From a virus (Duplodnaviria; Heunggongvirae; Uroviricota; Caudoviricetes): 64,000 nt of DNA. The translations under genes and the position numbers were made by a program. Location: the IMG/VR virus record IMGVR_UViG_3300028833_000001, positions 63,171 to 127,170 of that record; one strand, written 5' to 3'. Under the pieces are notes generated by a model that did not search any database, was not told where the DNA came from, and saw only the letters and a program-made list of their open reading frames with translations. Below are positions 38,898 to 48,214 of the stretch, one piece after another (within the stretch, counting starts at the first letter, position 1; the number at the start of each line of letters is the position of its first letter).

Positions 38898-39155
38898 CTA
38901 TAGTTCATTAATTAAAACTTGTTTAAAATCGTTGGTAATATTAGTGAAACTCTCATTGTCAAGCACAATCTTTCCCAAAATGTTTTCAAACTTCCAAAGA
39001 ATAGCTTGTTCGTGTTTTCTAAGTTCCTCATCTTTTGTGTCGGCCATTTTTTTCGCCCCATATTCGACACTGATTTTATCGTATTTGTAATTATTTACAT
39101 ACTGGGACTTAAAACCAATCATTTTAACGGTAACAGAATTTTTGTTTGTAAACAT
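38898..39155 (-). CDS. hypothetical protein
   Basis: 85-aa ORF downstream of a promoter. Confidence 0.55.
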   Translation of the reverse strand: MFTNKNSVTVKMIGFKSQYVNNYKYDKISVEYGAKKMADTKDEELRKHEQAILWKFENILGKIVLDNESFTNITNDFKQVLINEL

Positions 39156-39184
39156 AATAATTTTAAATTAATTGATACACGTGA

Positions 39185-39213
39185 ATTATACAAAAATTAT
39201 ATATTTTTACCAA
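39185..39213 (-). promoter_or_regulatory. sigma70-like promoter
   Basis: TTGGTA-17 nt-TATAAT. Confidence 0.6.
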
Positions 39214-39227
39214 GAAAAACGAATACT

Positions 39228-39419
39228 TTAATCATTTATATTATTTTTTTGCCTTGATAAAAACCAATGCTCAATTTCTCTTGCCAGTAATTGAGGGCAT
39301 TTATTGTGTTTTTTATTGCATGATTGACACGCAAATTGGTTATCGTGAGGATTAAACTTACACGACCTATCCAATTTTTTGATTAATTTTTTAATTTTTC
39401 TATCAGTTAATTTAATCAT
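39228..39419 (-). CDS. small Cys-containing protein
   Basis: CKF...CQSC...C. Confidence 0.5.
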   Translation of the reverse strand: MIKLTDRKIKKLIKKLDRSCKFNPHDNQFACQSCNKKHNKCPQLLAREIEHWFLSRQKNNIND

Positions 39420-39483
39420 ATTGATAATGTATGGTTAATAAGTAATTTAATTATATTGCTGTTCATACCAATGAATGCAAGCA

Positions 39484-39762
39484 CTAATAGCGATTTATAA
39501 GTTCTTCTATGTAATAAACTACGTGATGGACGCTTGTGTCATATGGGTCAGAAGCGTCGCAGCATATGTTCCAAACATCATATATTTTATCATCCAGTAT
39601 TTTTTCACGAACACCATTAGGAAATGACCATGTTGTTTCTCCACCATGATGCAAACTATCATGCATTTCATATCCATAATATGTTTGATGAGGTATGTCT
39701 TCAAACTTTAGTATTCCACTATAAATGTTTCTAACATACTCATCAGACGGTTTCTTCATCAA
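39484..39762 (-). CDS. hypothetical protein
   Basis: start at MKKPSDE preferred. Confidence 0.5.
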   Translation of the reverse strand: MMKKPSDEYVRNIYSGILKFEDIPHQTYYGYEMHDSLHHGGETTWSFPNGVREKILDDKIYDVWNICCDASDPYDTSVHHVVYYIEELINRY

Positions 39763-39779
39763 AATGGTTTTATTTTTTT

Positions 39780-39998
39780 TTAAAAATCCCATCTATTATG
39801 TCTTCCTAATATCAATTCAACCAAGTCCTCTTTCGACAGCGCCATAAGTTCTTTTTTACGTCTCTCGTACATCATATCAATATCATTCTGTGTTATTGAT
39901 ATAGCGGTAGGCGTATTCTTTTTAATGCATCCACCAGTAGTAAGGCTATCGCAGCCATCGCACACCAATCTTCCGATAGGACAGTTCCAGGCTATCAT
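39780..39998 (-). CDS. small Cys-rich protein
   Basis: CPIGRLVCDGC...C; ATGA-coupled. Confidence 0.55.
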   Translation of the reverse strand: MIAWNCPIGRLVCDGCDSLTTGGCIKKNTPTAISITQNDIDMMYERRKKELMALSKEDLVELILGRHNRWDF

Positions 39999-40165
39999 TC
40001 CTCACCTCCTTTCGCATCATCTGTAACTTTCATTTTGTTGATGAACACCATTAATTCTGATAACGCATCATCCCTGCCTTCCATATAATCCCAACCACCT
40101 TTGGCAACTTTGCCATAAATGCTATCAATTTTTTTTAATATTGTATCTTTTTCTTCTTTTGTCAT
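39995..40165 (-). CDS. small protein ending KGGEE (below track cutoff)
   Basis: 56-aa ORF MTKEEKDTIL...AKGGEE, stop overlaps the next ATG. Confidence 0.6.
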   Translation of the reverse strand: MTKEEKDTILKKIDSIYGKVAKGGWDYMEGRDDALSELMVFINKMKVTDDAKGGEE

Positions 40166-40168
40166 ATA

Positions 40169-40636
40169 TTACATTGTTTTATCTATTCTTGATATTGTAG
40201 CCAACGGTTCGGTCCCATGTCTCGTAGGTTTGTACGAGTCAACTGTAATGTTAGACTTCTCATCGTCTGTGCTGTCTAGCCACAATTGATGACGAATCAC
40301 CTGGTGCAAATCAAACAGCATGTCCGCAGTGTCATCGTATCCAAGTCCATTCATCCCAGTAGAATCTGACCCCCAAAACCTCTTTTTCGTTTCCTCCCAG
40401 TAACTTTTAGCGTCATACATCATCTCTTCCCATCCGCCATCCCATTTTTCATCCATTGTTTCTCCAGTAGCTTCTTTACAACGTTTTTCCCATGCAGATT
40501 TGAAAAGCTCCTGATAAGCCCAGTCTTGTCCACAGATTAGTCGAGAGAAATTGTCACAAACATATGATAAGACCTTTGCCTGCTTTTCAGTAATTTCAAT
40601 ACGATAAATTTGTTTTTCGTCGTCTTTTTGTGCCAT
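40169..40636 (-). CDS. hypothetical protein
   Basis: 155-aa ORF. Confidence 0.6.
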   Translation of the reverse strand: MAQKDDEKQIYRIEITEKQAKVLSYVCDNFSRLICGQDWAYQELFKSAWEKRCKEATGETMDEKWDGGWEEMMYDAKSYWEETKKRFWGSDSTGMNGLGYDDTADMLFDLHQVIRHQLWLDSTDDEKSNITVDSYKPTRHGTEPLATISRIDKTM

Positions 40637-40666
40637 ATTTTATCGGTATTAAAAGTGTTATAATTT

Positions 40667-41791
40667 TTATTTTTTATCGAAAATATAAATGTAATTGTTG
40701 AAATCGAGCCAGTATTTTCTGTCTTTTAATGGATATTTCTTATTATAGTCAAGATATAGATTACCGTCGTCGTCAATAACCATTTCGACACCGATGACAT
40801 AATCAACAAGGTCCTTCACTCCTTTGTAAATTCTTATTTCATAGCCATTTCTATTGACTATTTTAGTGAATAGTCCACTTTGTTTTTGGATAACTTCATC
40901 TTTTATCTGATAGTCAAACATTTTTTCCATTGCGCCAGTTTCGTCAGTGAAATCTAGCCTAATCCGTGTGTTTTCAAAACCAGTTTCATTTGAGAAATCA
41001 GAAAACCTTACAAGAAAATAAACCCAATCAGCAAAACCAATTTGGCTGTTAATAACAGCAATTGATGTTGTTTTTATACCATGACTAGCAAGTGCATTAT
41101 TTATTGACTTAAGGTCATTGTTTGAAGGTATGTATTTGGTCTTGAAGATGTCTGAACGCCTGACTTCATAGTCGTAATGGTGGACCGAAATATTCACAAC
41201 GTCAACAACACCATCAAGCATGTCAATACACTCAAACAAATGATATCCGTTTGTCGTCAAAACTACCTTGTCAATCAGTGAGCCGAACCTGGCTTTGTAA
41301 CTTCTTAAAAGGTCCATAACCTCTCTGAATTGTTCGGTATTGAAAGTCGGTTCATTTCCAGTAATATCCAAAGAAATTTTTCTATTTGAAATATTATTGA
41401 ACAAAAGGTCAAGAGACAAGTTTAAATTATCATAAAAAACACCAAAATTATGAACCTGTGTTTCCGATGTCTGCTTATTGAAACAGAACGGACAATTTGC
41501 CTGACAATAACAAGGCATCACAATTTTCACCGATAACGTATGCCCGTGACCGATGTTTGAATCGTTATCAATTTTAACCGAAGTTGATTTTCTCTTCAAT
41601 TCATTTTTAATGAAATTTTCGGCAGTATCCATAGATTTATTTTCCAAAATAGTGTTAATTGTAATTGAACTTAATGTTGTTTCTTTGATGGCGTTCACAT
41701 ATACAGTGTTGTCATCCTCATTGTATTTCACATCTATAATTCTAAAATCATTCATGTAATTAATTATAATAATATTTTTTCTGTTTTCCAA
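40667..41791 (-). CDS. radical SAM protein
   Basis: CQANCPFC (CxxxCxxC), ITGNEPT, LTTNG, VNISVHHYD. Confidence 0.9.
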   Translation of the reverse strand: MENRKNIIIINYMNDFRIIDVKYNEDDNTVYVNAIKETTLSSITINTILENKSMDTAENFIKNELKRKSTSVKIDNDSNIGHGHTLSVKIVMPCYCQANCPFCFNKQTSETQVHNFGVFYDNLNLSLDLLFNNISNRKISLDITGNEPTFNTEQFREVMDLLRSYKARFGSLIDKVVLTTNGYHLFECIDMLDGVVDVVNISVHHYDYEVRRSDIFKTKYIPSNNDLKSINNALASHGIKTTSIAVINSQIGFADWVYFLVRFSDFSNETGFENTRIRLDFTDETGAMEKMFDYQIKDEVIQKQSGLFTKIVNRNGYEIRIYKGVKDLVDYVIGVEMVIDDDGNLYLDYNKKYPLKDRKYWLDFNNYIYIFDKK

Positions 41792-41812
41792 GTAACGATT
41801 TCTTTTACTTTG

Positions 41813-42127
41813 TTAGAAAGGGCAAGGATACCAGCCACCACCTTCATCTTCCTGATAATGAATTAACGGTTCTGGCGTTTCACCATAACCATATTCAACA
41901 GTTTCTTTTTCCTTGTTATCAGCTTCTATTGACTTGTTAATGCCTGTTATTTGCGGATTTGATAATATATTGTAATCGTCTAGCCACATTCCCGCATTGC
42001 TTTTCACCCAATCAACAATTTCACCAAGTGTTGCTTTTTCATCAAATGTTTTGGTAATTGATTTTGGTATACAGTTGCTGTCACTGTCATATTGTTCTCT
42101 TTTCTTAAATTCAATGATGTAATCCAT
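41813..42127 (-). CDS. hypothetical protein
   Basis: 104-aa ORF. Confidence 0.55.
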   Translation of the reverse strand: MDYIIEFKKREQYDSDSNCIPKSITKTFDEKATLGEIVDWVKSNAGMWLDDYNILSNPQITGINKSIEADNKEKETVEYGYGETPEPLIHYQEDEGGGWYPCPF

Positions 42128-42145
42128 AATATGCGTTGTTATTCT

Positions 42146-42520
42146 TTAATTTTTAATTTTGTAGATTCCTTCTGTGGCCTCCAAAGCCAGCCCCTTTTCG
42201 ATAAGTCCACGGTAGTCGAAATGATGGGCATTAAGCCAATCAACCATATGAATTGTGCAATTTTCTACATCTCCTTTTAAAATCCAATATTTAAAATTAT
42301 GAAAGTATGACTTCTCTTCATCCGTCATGCTTGACATTGGACGAAGGTATGGTTTAATATTGCCTTCTTGAAGAAATTCTGTTAGCCAATAGGCGTTGAG
42401 TGTTTCTACAGATTCAATTGTGTCTGTGTGGGTTGTATAAATTATTCTTCTAATCTTTACACCATAAGGTAATCTTGCACAGATATCCTGCAATAATATT
42501 TCTTTATACTGATTTGGCAT
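42146..42520 (-). CDS. family A protein
   Basis: DICARLPYGVK...KPYLRPMSSMTDEE...HHFDYRGLIEKGLALEA. Confidence 0.85.
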   Translation of the reverse strand: MPNQYKEILLQDICARLPYGVKIRRIIYTTHTDTIESVETLNAYWLTEFLQEGNIKPYLRPMSSMTDEEKSYFHNFKYWILKGDVENCTIHMVDWLNAHHFDYRGLIEKGLALEATEGIYKIKN

Positions 42521-42522
42521 AC

Positions 42523-42924
42523 TTAAACTAAGTTTCTTAAACAATAAATGATTCCGTTTTCAACAGCTTCATGGTACATTTCGCAAATACCACCGAAAAC
42601 AGAGCCGTCAGTTTGAGATATTGGATATTCCAGGCAATTTTCCCTTATAACAACTGGTGTCCAAGCATACATTGTTTTGTTGTCTTCGCCGTATTTGCAT
42701 ACATCAATAACAATCACAATATTATGTACTTCCCTAAGCCATTTAGTTGTCATTTGAAGAGTAGGGTACAAATATTTATTATCACCTAGCTCATAAACAC
42801 CTTGTTGAAACGGCAACATATAAACCTCATTGTCAGTGTTAATATATCCCTGGGTTATCTCCTTAAAACCCTTTTCCTTTAATAATTTTGCTGTCTCAAA
42901 AGATACGTAATCCTCTTTAATCAT
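42523..42924 (-). CDS. family B protein
   Basis: EDYVSFETAKLLKEKGF...PTLQMTTKWLRE...YCLRNLV. Confidence 0.85.
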   Translation of the reverse strand: MIKEDYVSFETAKLLKEKGFKEITQGYINTDNEVYMLPFQQGVYELGDNKYLYPTLQMTTKWLREVHNIVIVIDVCKYGEDNKTMYAWTPVVIRENCLEYPISQTDGSVFGGICEMYHEAVENGIIYCLRNLV

Positions 42925-42929
42925 AATTT

Positions 42930-43310
42930 TCAAATTAAATTTGTTCTATCATAATCAAAAATTTCAAGACAATACTTTATTGCTGCTTCACAGGCTTCCT
43001 CATAAGTATTGAAATATTGTGGATGTGAATCAATATTTTCAATCGTGGTTGGTGAATGTATAATTACATACCTGTAAATGTTTGGCATCGGGAAGTATCT
43101 AGGTTCAATATGAATGCTATAATTTACCCTCAACCACTTCATCGCCATTTGGAGAGTGGGCGCTGGATATTCTGAATCCCAAGATGGACCAGAAAATTCA
43201 CCATCCATATTATAATAATAATGTGGAGAATTTTTACAAACCACACTATTAAACCCTTTCTCTTTCAATAGCTTTGCTGTTTCAAAACTTACGTAATCCT
43301 CATTAATCAT
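42930..43310 (-). CDS. family B protein
   Basis: EDYVSFETAKLLKEKGF...APTLQMAMKWLR...YEEACEAAIKYCL. Confidence 0.85.
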   Translation of the reverse strand: MINEDYVSFETAKLLKEKGFNSVVCKNSPHYYYNMDGEFSGPSWDSEYPAPTLQMAMKWLRVNYSIHIEPRYFPMPNIYRYVIIHSPTTIENIDSHPQYFNTYEEACEAAIKYCLEIFDYDRTNLI

Positions 43311-43344
43311 ACTGCTTTTTTGCTTAAAAGTTGTTTACAAATTA

Positions 43345-43572
43345 TTAATCAGTGAGAACTATATTTCTCGATTCAATCTCTGCAATAGCTGCATCCCTGT
43401 CTATGCGCTCACATATGTGTGAAAGTTCCTCATTCATTCGGCGCATTTCTTCGTCGCTTACCGTGAAAACTTCACCGTTCGGTATGACGAAATCATCTAT
43501 TGAGCAGCCTTCCCATTCGTCAGCTTCTTTGTAAGACCCACAAACATTTTTTTGTACTATCTCTGTCATATC
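43345..43572 (-). CDS. small acidic protein
   Basis: start at MTEIVQK preferred. Confidence 0.5.
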   Translation of the reverse strand, partial: DMTEIVQKNVCGSYKEADEWEGCSIDDFVIPNGEVFTVSDEEMRRMNEELSHICERIDRDAAIAEIESRNIVLTD

Positions 43573-43591
43573 TTTTAATCTGTTTATATTA

Positions 43592-43969
43592 TTACACAAC
43601 CACGTCCATATCATATCCGCACAGCCGCAGCAGTTGCTGCATCTCGTGCACGAACTGTACTTTTGAAACTTCTACAAATCGTTTTTTCAATGAGCCAGCT
43701 GCGCCAGCTGTAATCATCCAATCTTTAAACTCTTTTACAAAAGTACAATTTATGTAAGGTTCGTTCAAACATAATGTCTTATATTTTTCATCTTCCATTA
43801 AAAACTTAAACCCATTCTTTTCAAGTATTTCAGCCGTAAGTTGTATTGGTTCGTAATAATCAAGAATATATTCTCCGCCGTTACGAAAATCTTTGACGTC
43901 AACTTGACATTCAATGTCGTTGTTAATATCAAACACCCAGTCACCAATCATAAGTTTCTTCATATTCAT
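43592..43969 (-). CDS. conserved phage protein (IGDWV...PIQLTAEILEKNGF...VHEMQQLL)
   Basis: motif pattern common in Bacteroidota phages. Confidence 0.65.
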   Translation of the reverse strand: MNMKKLMIGDWVFDINNDIECQVDVKDFRNGGEYILDYYEPIQLTAEILEKNGFKFLMEDEKYKTLCLNEPYINCTFVKEFKDWMITAGAAGSLKKRFVEVSKVQFVHEMQQLLRLCGYDMDVVV

Positions 43970-43971
43970 AT

Positions 43972-44179
43972 TTATTCGGCCTTAGTTTATACATTCCTTC
44001 AGGTGCTTCACGAGCAAGCCCTTTTTCAATTTGCGCCGTACATAGGCATTCGTGCAGTCGGTTTGTCAAAGCCTGCATACGCAGTCGTCTTTCGGGAATG
44101 TTTCAACAAACACATACATCCCGTATGGAATCCTCGCGCATAGGTCTGCGTATTTTATCTTTTCTTTTTCTTTATTCAT
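43972..44179 (-). pseudogene. degraded family A gene
   Basis: MNKEKEKIKYADLCARIPYG, TGA at 44066-44068, then IEKGLAREAPEGMY in another frame; the central anchor is missing. Confidence 0.8.
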
Positions 44180-44183
44180 ACAA

Positions 44184-44804
44184 TTAAAGTTTGAAACAGT
44201 TGCTTTCGTTTATCTTGCCGCTTATGACATCGTTCACAAGTTCTCTGTCAACAGTATCGTCACAGCCGTCACAGAAACTTTCCTTGCATTGCCTGCATCT
44301 CGGATGCACAACATTGTGCTGACGAATGAACGCCTTTGCTTCTTCAACGGTCATCGGAGTATGTGTTTCTTTATTCAAGGCAGCATACATTCCTGCTGGT
44401 GCTTCGAGTGCGAGACCCCTTTCAATTAAACCACGGTAATCAAACATTTTCTTATTAAGAAAATCAAATGACTTGTATGACATACAAGAATCATAATGAC
44501 CGTTAATATAGATGGTATCGAATGTTGCGTCATATTCCACTTCTTCTTCCTCCGTCATACTTGACATACGGCGCAAGTACGGTTTGACATTCTCAATCGG
44601 GTAGAACACATTGTTCACGAATCCCGAATGGAGCGGTACGTCCTCGTAGTAGTTGCTGATGACACCGTAGCAGTTGCCGACATATTTCAGCACGCCATTT
44701 TCGGTTTTACCGCCGCCCAAGCCGCTCACGCATTTGCATCTCACCTTATACGGCAACCTGCCGCAAAGGTCTTTCATTAAAAGGTCTCTATCTTCAGTCG
44801 TCAT
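44184..44804 (-). CDS. family A protein with fused C-terminal Cys domain
   Basis: A anchors, then an extension containing CRQCKESFCDGC after ALEAPAGMY. Confidence 0.85.
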   Translation of the reverse strand: MTTEDRDLLMKDLCGRLPYKVRCKCVSGLGGGKTENGVLKYVGNCYGVISNYYEDVPLHSGFVNNVFYPIENVKPYLRRMSSMTEEEEVEYDATFDTIYINGHYDSCMSYKSFDFLNKKMFDYRGLIERGLALEAPAGMYAALNKETHTPMTVEEAKAFIRQHNVVHPRCRQCKESFCDGCDDTVDRELVNDVISGKINESNCFKL

Positions 44805-44818
44805 ATCTTTTAATTTGT

Positions 44819-45019
44819 TTATATGTCTTTATTTACTTTTGGACAATATTCCAAATCTGTAAGCGGTATTCCGTGGCAACCGAATTCTGTTATCGAACCG
44901 CAATACATTGGAATATAATCATTTGGTGTCGGGTATGGATAAAAATGATTTCTACAATCTCTTTCAAATATACACTTATCGCAATTTACACATTGTGTTT
45001 TTATAAATTCATTCGTCAT
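44819..45019 (-). CDS. small Cys-rich protein
   Basis: CVNCDKC...C. Confidence 0.5.
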   Translation of the reverse strand: MTNEFIKTQCVNCDKCIFERDCRNHFYPYPTPNDYIPMYCGSITEFGCHGIPLTDLEYCPKVNKDI

Positions 45020-45130
45020 AATTTTAACAATTATATATTCCCTCTTTAGTATACGATTTGATTAGTTTGTATTCGTCTTCTTCGTTATAACATTTTGGTT
45101 TTATGCCACCGATTATTATTTATAAGTCAA

Positions 45131-45643
45131 TTAACTATCTGATTCTTTGATAAATTCAAAGAAATACGGAACACGCCACATGTACGAATTTGGATTTTCT
45201 TTTTCATAATTTTGTGACCATTTACGACATTTTTCTTCATTATTAATCAGTTTCCAACCATTTGGCAAAACTACTTTTCCGAAGCCTTCTGGCGTAGTCT
45301 CCCAATATCTAATCCAGTATGTCAGAAAATCATATAATTTAGAGTATAAGCTGACTTCATATTTTATAATTCCCAAAAATGCTTCGTCTCTGAACAATTT
45401 CAATTTCATATCAGTTGCATTTCTTATTGCTCCTGGGTCCGCATTTTCATCAGTATCATATTGCTTAAAATTACAAGAAGTTTCAAACTTATCACCAAAA
45501 ACGCAACAATCACACTTTAAACAATTCTTGTTATTATCAAGTGCACACTGTCCTCCTTCTCCACTAACCCAGTTCTCAAAATTGGTACACCTTCTTTTCA
45601 TTTCATTTGTTAACTCCAGCTTATTTGTCATATTTTTTTTCAA
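45131..45643 (-). CDS. hypothetical protein
   Basis: 170-aa ORF with a Cys-rich N-half. Confidence 0.55.
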   Translation of the reverse strand: MKKNMTNKLELTNEMKRRCTNFENWVSGEGGQCALDNNKNCLKCDCCVFGDKFETSCNFKQYDTDENADPGAIRNATDMKLKLFRDEAFLGIIKYEVSLYSKLYDFLTYWIRYWETTPEGFGKVVLPNGWKLINNEEKCRKWSQNYEKENPNSYMWRVPYFFEFIKESDS

Positions 45644-45647
45644 ATTT

Positions 45648-46016
45648 TTAACGATACATTCCTTCTGGCGCTTTGAGTGCCAATCCTTTATGGATTAGTC
45701 CTCTAACATCAAACCCTTTAGATAATAACCAATCATTAACCATTGTAGTTGCCGATTCATTATTTGCAAAACTACAATCTTGTGATTTAACTATCATCTT
45801 ATGATATTCTTTACTCTCTTTCTCCGTCATACTTGATAGAGGGCGGAGATAAGGTTTGTAATTGTAGTATTCAATATTATGCAGAAGCTCGTTCAGTATG
45901 TCTGTTGTCAAGAAACACTTATAGTCTGTGTCATCATCTGTACAATTAATGACAACATTATAAGCCAATCTTCCACAAAGGTCTTTCAACAATAAAATTT
46001 TCTCTTCTTGTGTCAT
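45648..46016 (-). CDS. family A protein
   Basis: DLCGRLAY...KPYLRPLSSMTEKE...GLALKAPEGMY. Confidence 0.85.
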   Translation of the reverse strand: MTQEEKILLLKDLCGRLAYNVVINCTDDDTDYKCFLTTDILNELLHNIEYYNYKPYLRPLSSMTEKESKEYHKMIVKSQDCSFANNESATTMVNDWLLSKGFDVRGLIHKGLALKAPEGMYR

Positions 46017-46225
46017 AATATTAAAAAATTTTGTTCTATCATTTGTAATGTATCAAACATATCAGAAGCAAGAATAATATAGTCAATATCATCACATTGT
46101 GTGGTATCAGAAGACTTGGCGATTTGATTCTCGTAATATTCCATTTTCTCACTCAAATATCTTCCGATGAGAACTTTCCTTTTATGAATACTGTCCTCTG
46201 TTTGAATTTCTTGTAATGTTGTCAT
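46013..46225 (-). CDS. cargo gene X, copy 1
   Basis: 70 aa; differs from 57193..57405 by one residue. Confidence 0.8.
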   Translation of the reverse strand: MTTLQEIQTEDSIHKRKVLIGRYLSEKMEYYENQIAKSSDTTQCDDIDYIILASDMFDTLQMIEQNFLIL

Positions 46226-46227
46226 AA

Positions 46228-46641
46228 CTATTCAGTTTTAGTGTTATACATACCTTCTGGGGCTTCGAGAGCTAGACCTTTTTCGATTAACCCATTATAG
46301 TCTATATGATGTTCGTTTAACCATTCAAGTGGTTCTGAAATGTTTCCAACTTTCGGTAGTGTATACCGTGAATGCGGGTGACACCAGTTGTATATGTTTG
46401 TGAACTCCTCCCATTCTCTTTCCGTCATTTTTTCTATCGGACGCAGATATGGCTTGACAAAACCAATTTCAATAGGCGCAATACCTTTTACAGTAACAGC
46501 ATATTCCCAATTGCCTTCATCTGTAACGATTAAATCAATTCCTTTAGCAGTATAGACGTTTTTATTCAATGCAATTTTAACGCCATACATCAATCTTGCA
46601 CAAAGGTCTTTCAATAATAAACTTTTTTCTTCTCGCGTCAT
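46228..46641 (-). CDS. family A protein
   Basis: DLCARLMYGVK...KPYLRPIEKMTERE...GLALEAPEGMYNTKTE. Confidence 0.85.
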   Translation of the reverse strand: MTREEKSLLLKDLCARLMYGVKIALNKNVYTAKGIDLIVTDEGNWEYAVTVKGIAPIEIGFVKPYLRPIEKMTEREWEEFTNIYNWCHPHSRYTLPKVGNISEPLEWLNEHHIDYNGLIEKGLALEAPEGMYNTKTE

Positions 46642-46654
46642 AATACTTATTTTA

Positions 46655-47071
46655 TTATTGATACATTTCTACTTTGGCTTCGAGTGCCAACCCCATTCCA
46701 ATCAGACCACGGTAGTCGAAGTGGTGGGCGTTCAACCATTCAACCTGCCTGCTGTCGCACTTAAACACGTTGGCTGAATGTTTCAACCGTTCAGTCGGCT
46801 CATAATTTTTCCAATTCGGGCATGGTATGTCATGTATACCAGAAGCAATCATGCACTCGTTCAGTTCTTCTATTGACATTGATTCCATAGGACGCAGGTA
46901 TGGACGCACCTCGTCAACATAGTAGGCATCGTTTATCAGCCACTTGCTGTCGTTGATTCTTGCCGAAAAGAGATATTCATCATCGTCATCGGGCAGCAAC
47001 TTGATTACGACTTCGTGTGCGAGCCGTCCGAACAAATCCTCGGTCAATATGTTTCTTTCTTCGTCTGTCAT
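46655..47071 (-). CDS. family A protein (visibly GC-richer)
   Basis: RPYLRPMESMS...HHFDYRGLIGMGLALEAKV. Confidence 0.85.
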   Translation of the reverse strand: MTDEERNILTEDLFGRLAHEVVIKLLPDDDDEYLFSARINDSKWLINDAYYVDEVRPYLRPMESMSIEELNECMIASGIHDIPCPNWKNYEPTERLKHSANVFKCDSRQVEWLNAHHFDYRGLIGMGLALEAKVEMYQ

Positions 47072-47397
47072 TGCTTTTCCTTTTCTAATTTGAATAACAC
47101 GTTACTTTTTTTAATGTCGTATGTGTGACCATCGTGGATTATTCTGTAATAAGAACCGTAGAAATTAATCCAATATACATTAAGTGTAACTTCCGTTCCT
47201 GCCGAAATCTTTTTAGGATTCTTTCTGAAATAGTGAATGTCCTCCTCGTTATAGCAATCCTTCTTTATAACGGCTTTCACGTTATCGAATTGGTACATTT
47301 TTCCGATATGGCCGAATGTACCGTCATTGTCAAGGTTATGGCATACAACAGCCAATTTCGTATAGTTACCGTCAGTTATGACACCAATTCTTTTCAT
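47068..47397 (-). CDS. hypothetical protein
   Basis: 109-aa ORF, ATGA-coupled to an A gene. Confidence 0.6.
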   Translation of the reverse strand: MKRIGVITDGNYTKLAVVCHNLDNDGTFGHIGKMYQFDNVKAVIKKDCYNEEDIHYFRKNPKKISAGTEVTLNVYWINFYGSYYRIIHDGHTYDIKKSNVLFKLEKEKQ

Positions 47398-47433
47398 AGT
47401 ATGATGAATTTGCTGTTTTGTACTTTATCTCTA

Positions 47434-47646
47434 TCAGAAATTCAATTCAATGTCAGTTCCGCCGTAGGTTTCATAAGCCTCGTAACGCTCGTTGCCCGTC
47501 CAATCTTGGGTGTCCCAACATTCGAGGTCATCGTGTTCGTCAATCACTTTCTTGATTTCGTCTGAAACACGCTCCTTGGTGATTTCGTTTTCGGGAATGT
47601 CAAGGTCAACTGTCAGAAATAGTTTTTTAATTATTGTCACTTCCAT
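47434..47646 (-). CDS. small acidic protein
   Basis: start at MEVTII preferred. Confidence 0.55.
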   Translation of the reverse strand: MEVTIIKKLFLTVDLDIPENEITKERVSDEIKKVIDEHDDLECWDTQDWTGNERYEAYETYGGTDIELNF

Positions 47647-48112
47647 AATCTTTTGTGTTTTTGTTGTACATATCTTTTGGCGCTTCAAGGGCCAAACCAA
47701 TTTGAATCAACCCTCGATAGTCAAAATGATGGGCATTAAGCCAGTCGAATTTGTTATATGCTAACAACAGTGGGGCGTATTGGTCTAATTTGGATTTATG
47801 CTGTCTGTTTACCTCGTTCAAAGCAATGTCGATGTCCTTTCGCGCTGCTTTCTCGAAATCCTTTCTCTCTTCCTCAGTCATGCTTGATAGCTGACGGAGA
47901 TACGGTTTAATCTCATTAATGGAGCAAAAATTAAAATTTCCATAATCATCAATAAAATCAACGGTGTAATATATTTTATGTTGATTAAACCTGTCAACAT
48001 CTTGTTCTATGTTCAATAAAGTTTTAACATTGCCATCTACGTACAGTTTGACACCATATAATTGTCTTGCACAAAGGTCTTTTACCAGTAGTTCTTTTTC
48101 TTCTTGCGTCAT
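47627..48112 (-). CDS. family A protein
   Basis: DLCARQLYGVK...KPYLRQLSSMTEEE...GLALEAPKDMY. Confidence 0.85.
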   Translation of the reverse strand: MTQEEKELLVKDLCARQLYGVKLYVDGNVKTLLNIEQDVDRFNQHKIYYTVDFIDDYGNFNFCSINEIKPYLRQLSSMTEEERKDFEKAARKDIDIALNEVNRQHKSKLDQYAPLLLAYNKFDWLNAHHFDYRGLIQIGLALEAPKDMYNKNTKDYGSDNN

Positions 48113-48137
48113 AATACTTACTTTATTGTTGATATAT

Positions 48138-48200
48138 TCATACTTTGGCTTCGAGTGCCAAGCCCATTCCGAATGGTTTTGTCCAATTTCCGTCTTTTGT
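48138..48200 (-). pseudogene. orphan family A 3' end
   Basis: 48141-48170 matches 46670-46699 at 29/30 nt (GMGLALEAKV). Confidence 0.75.
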
Positions 48201-48214
48201 CAATTGTTGTTGTT

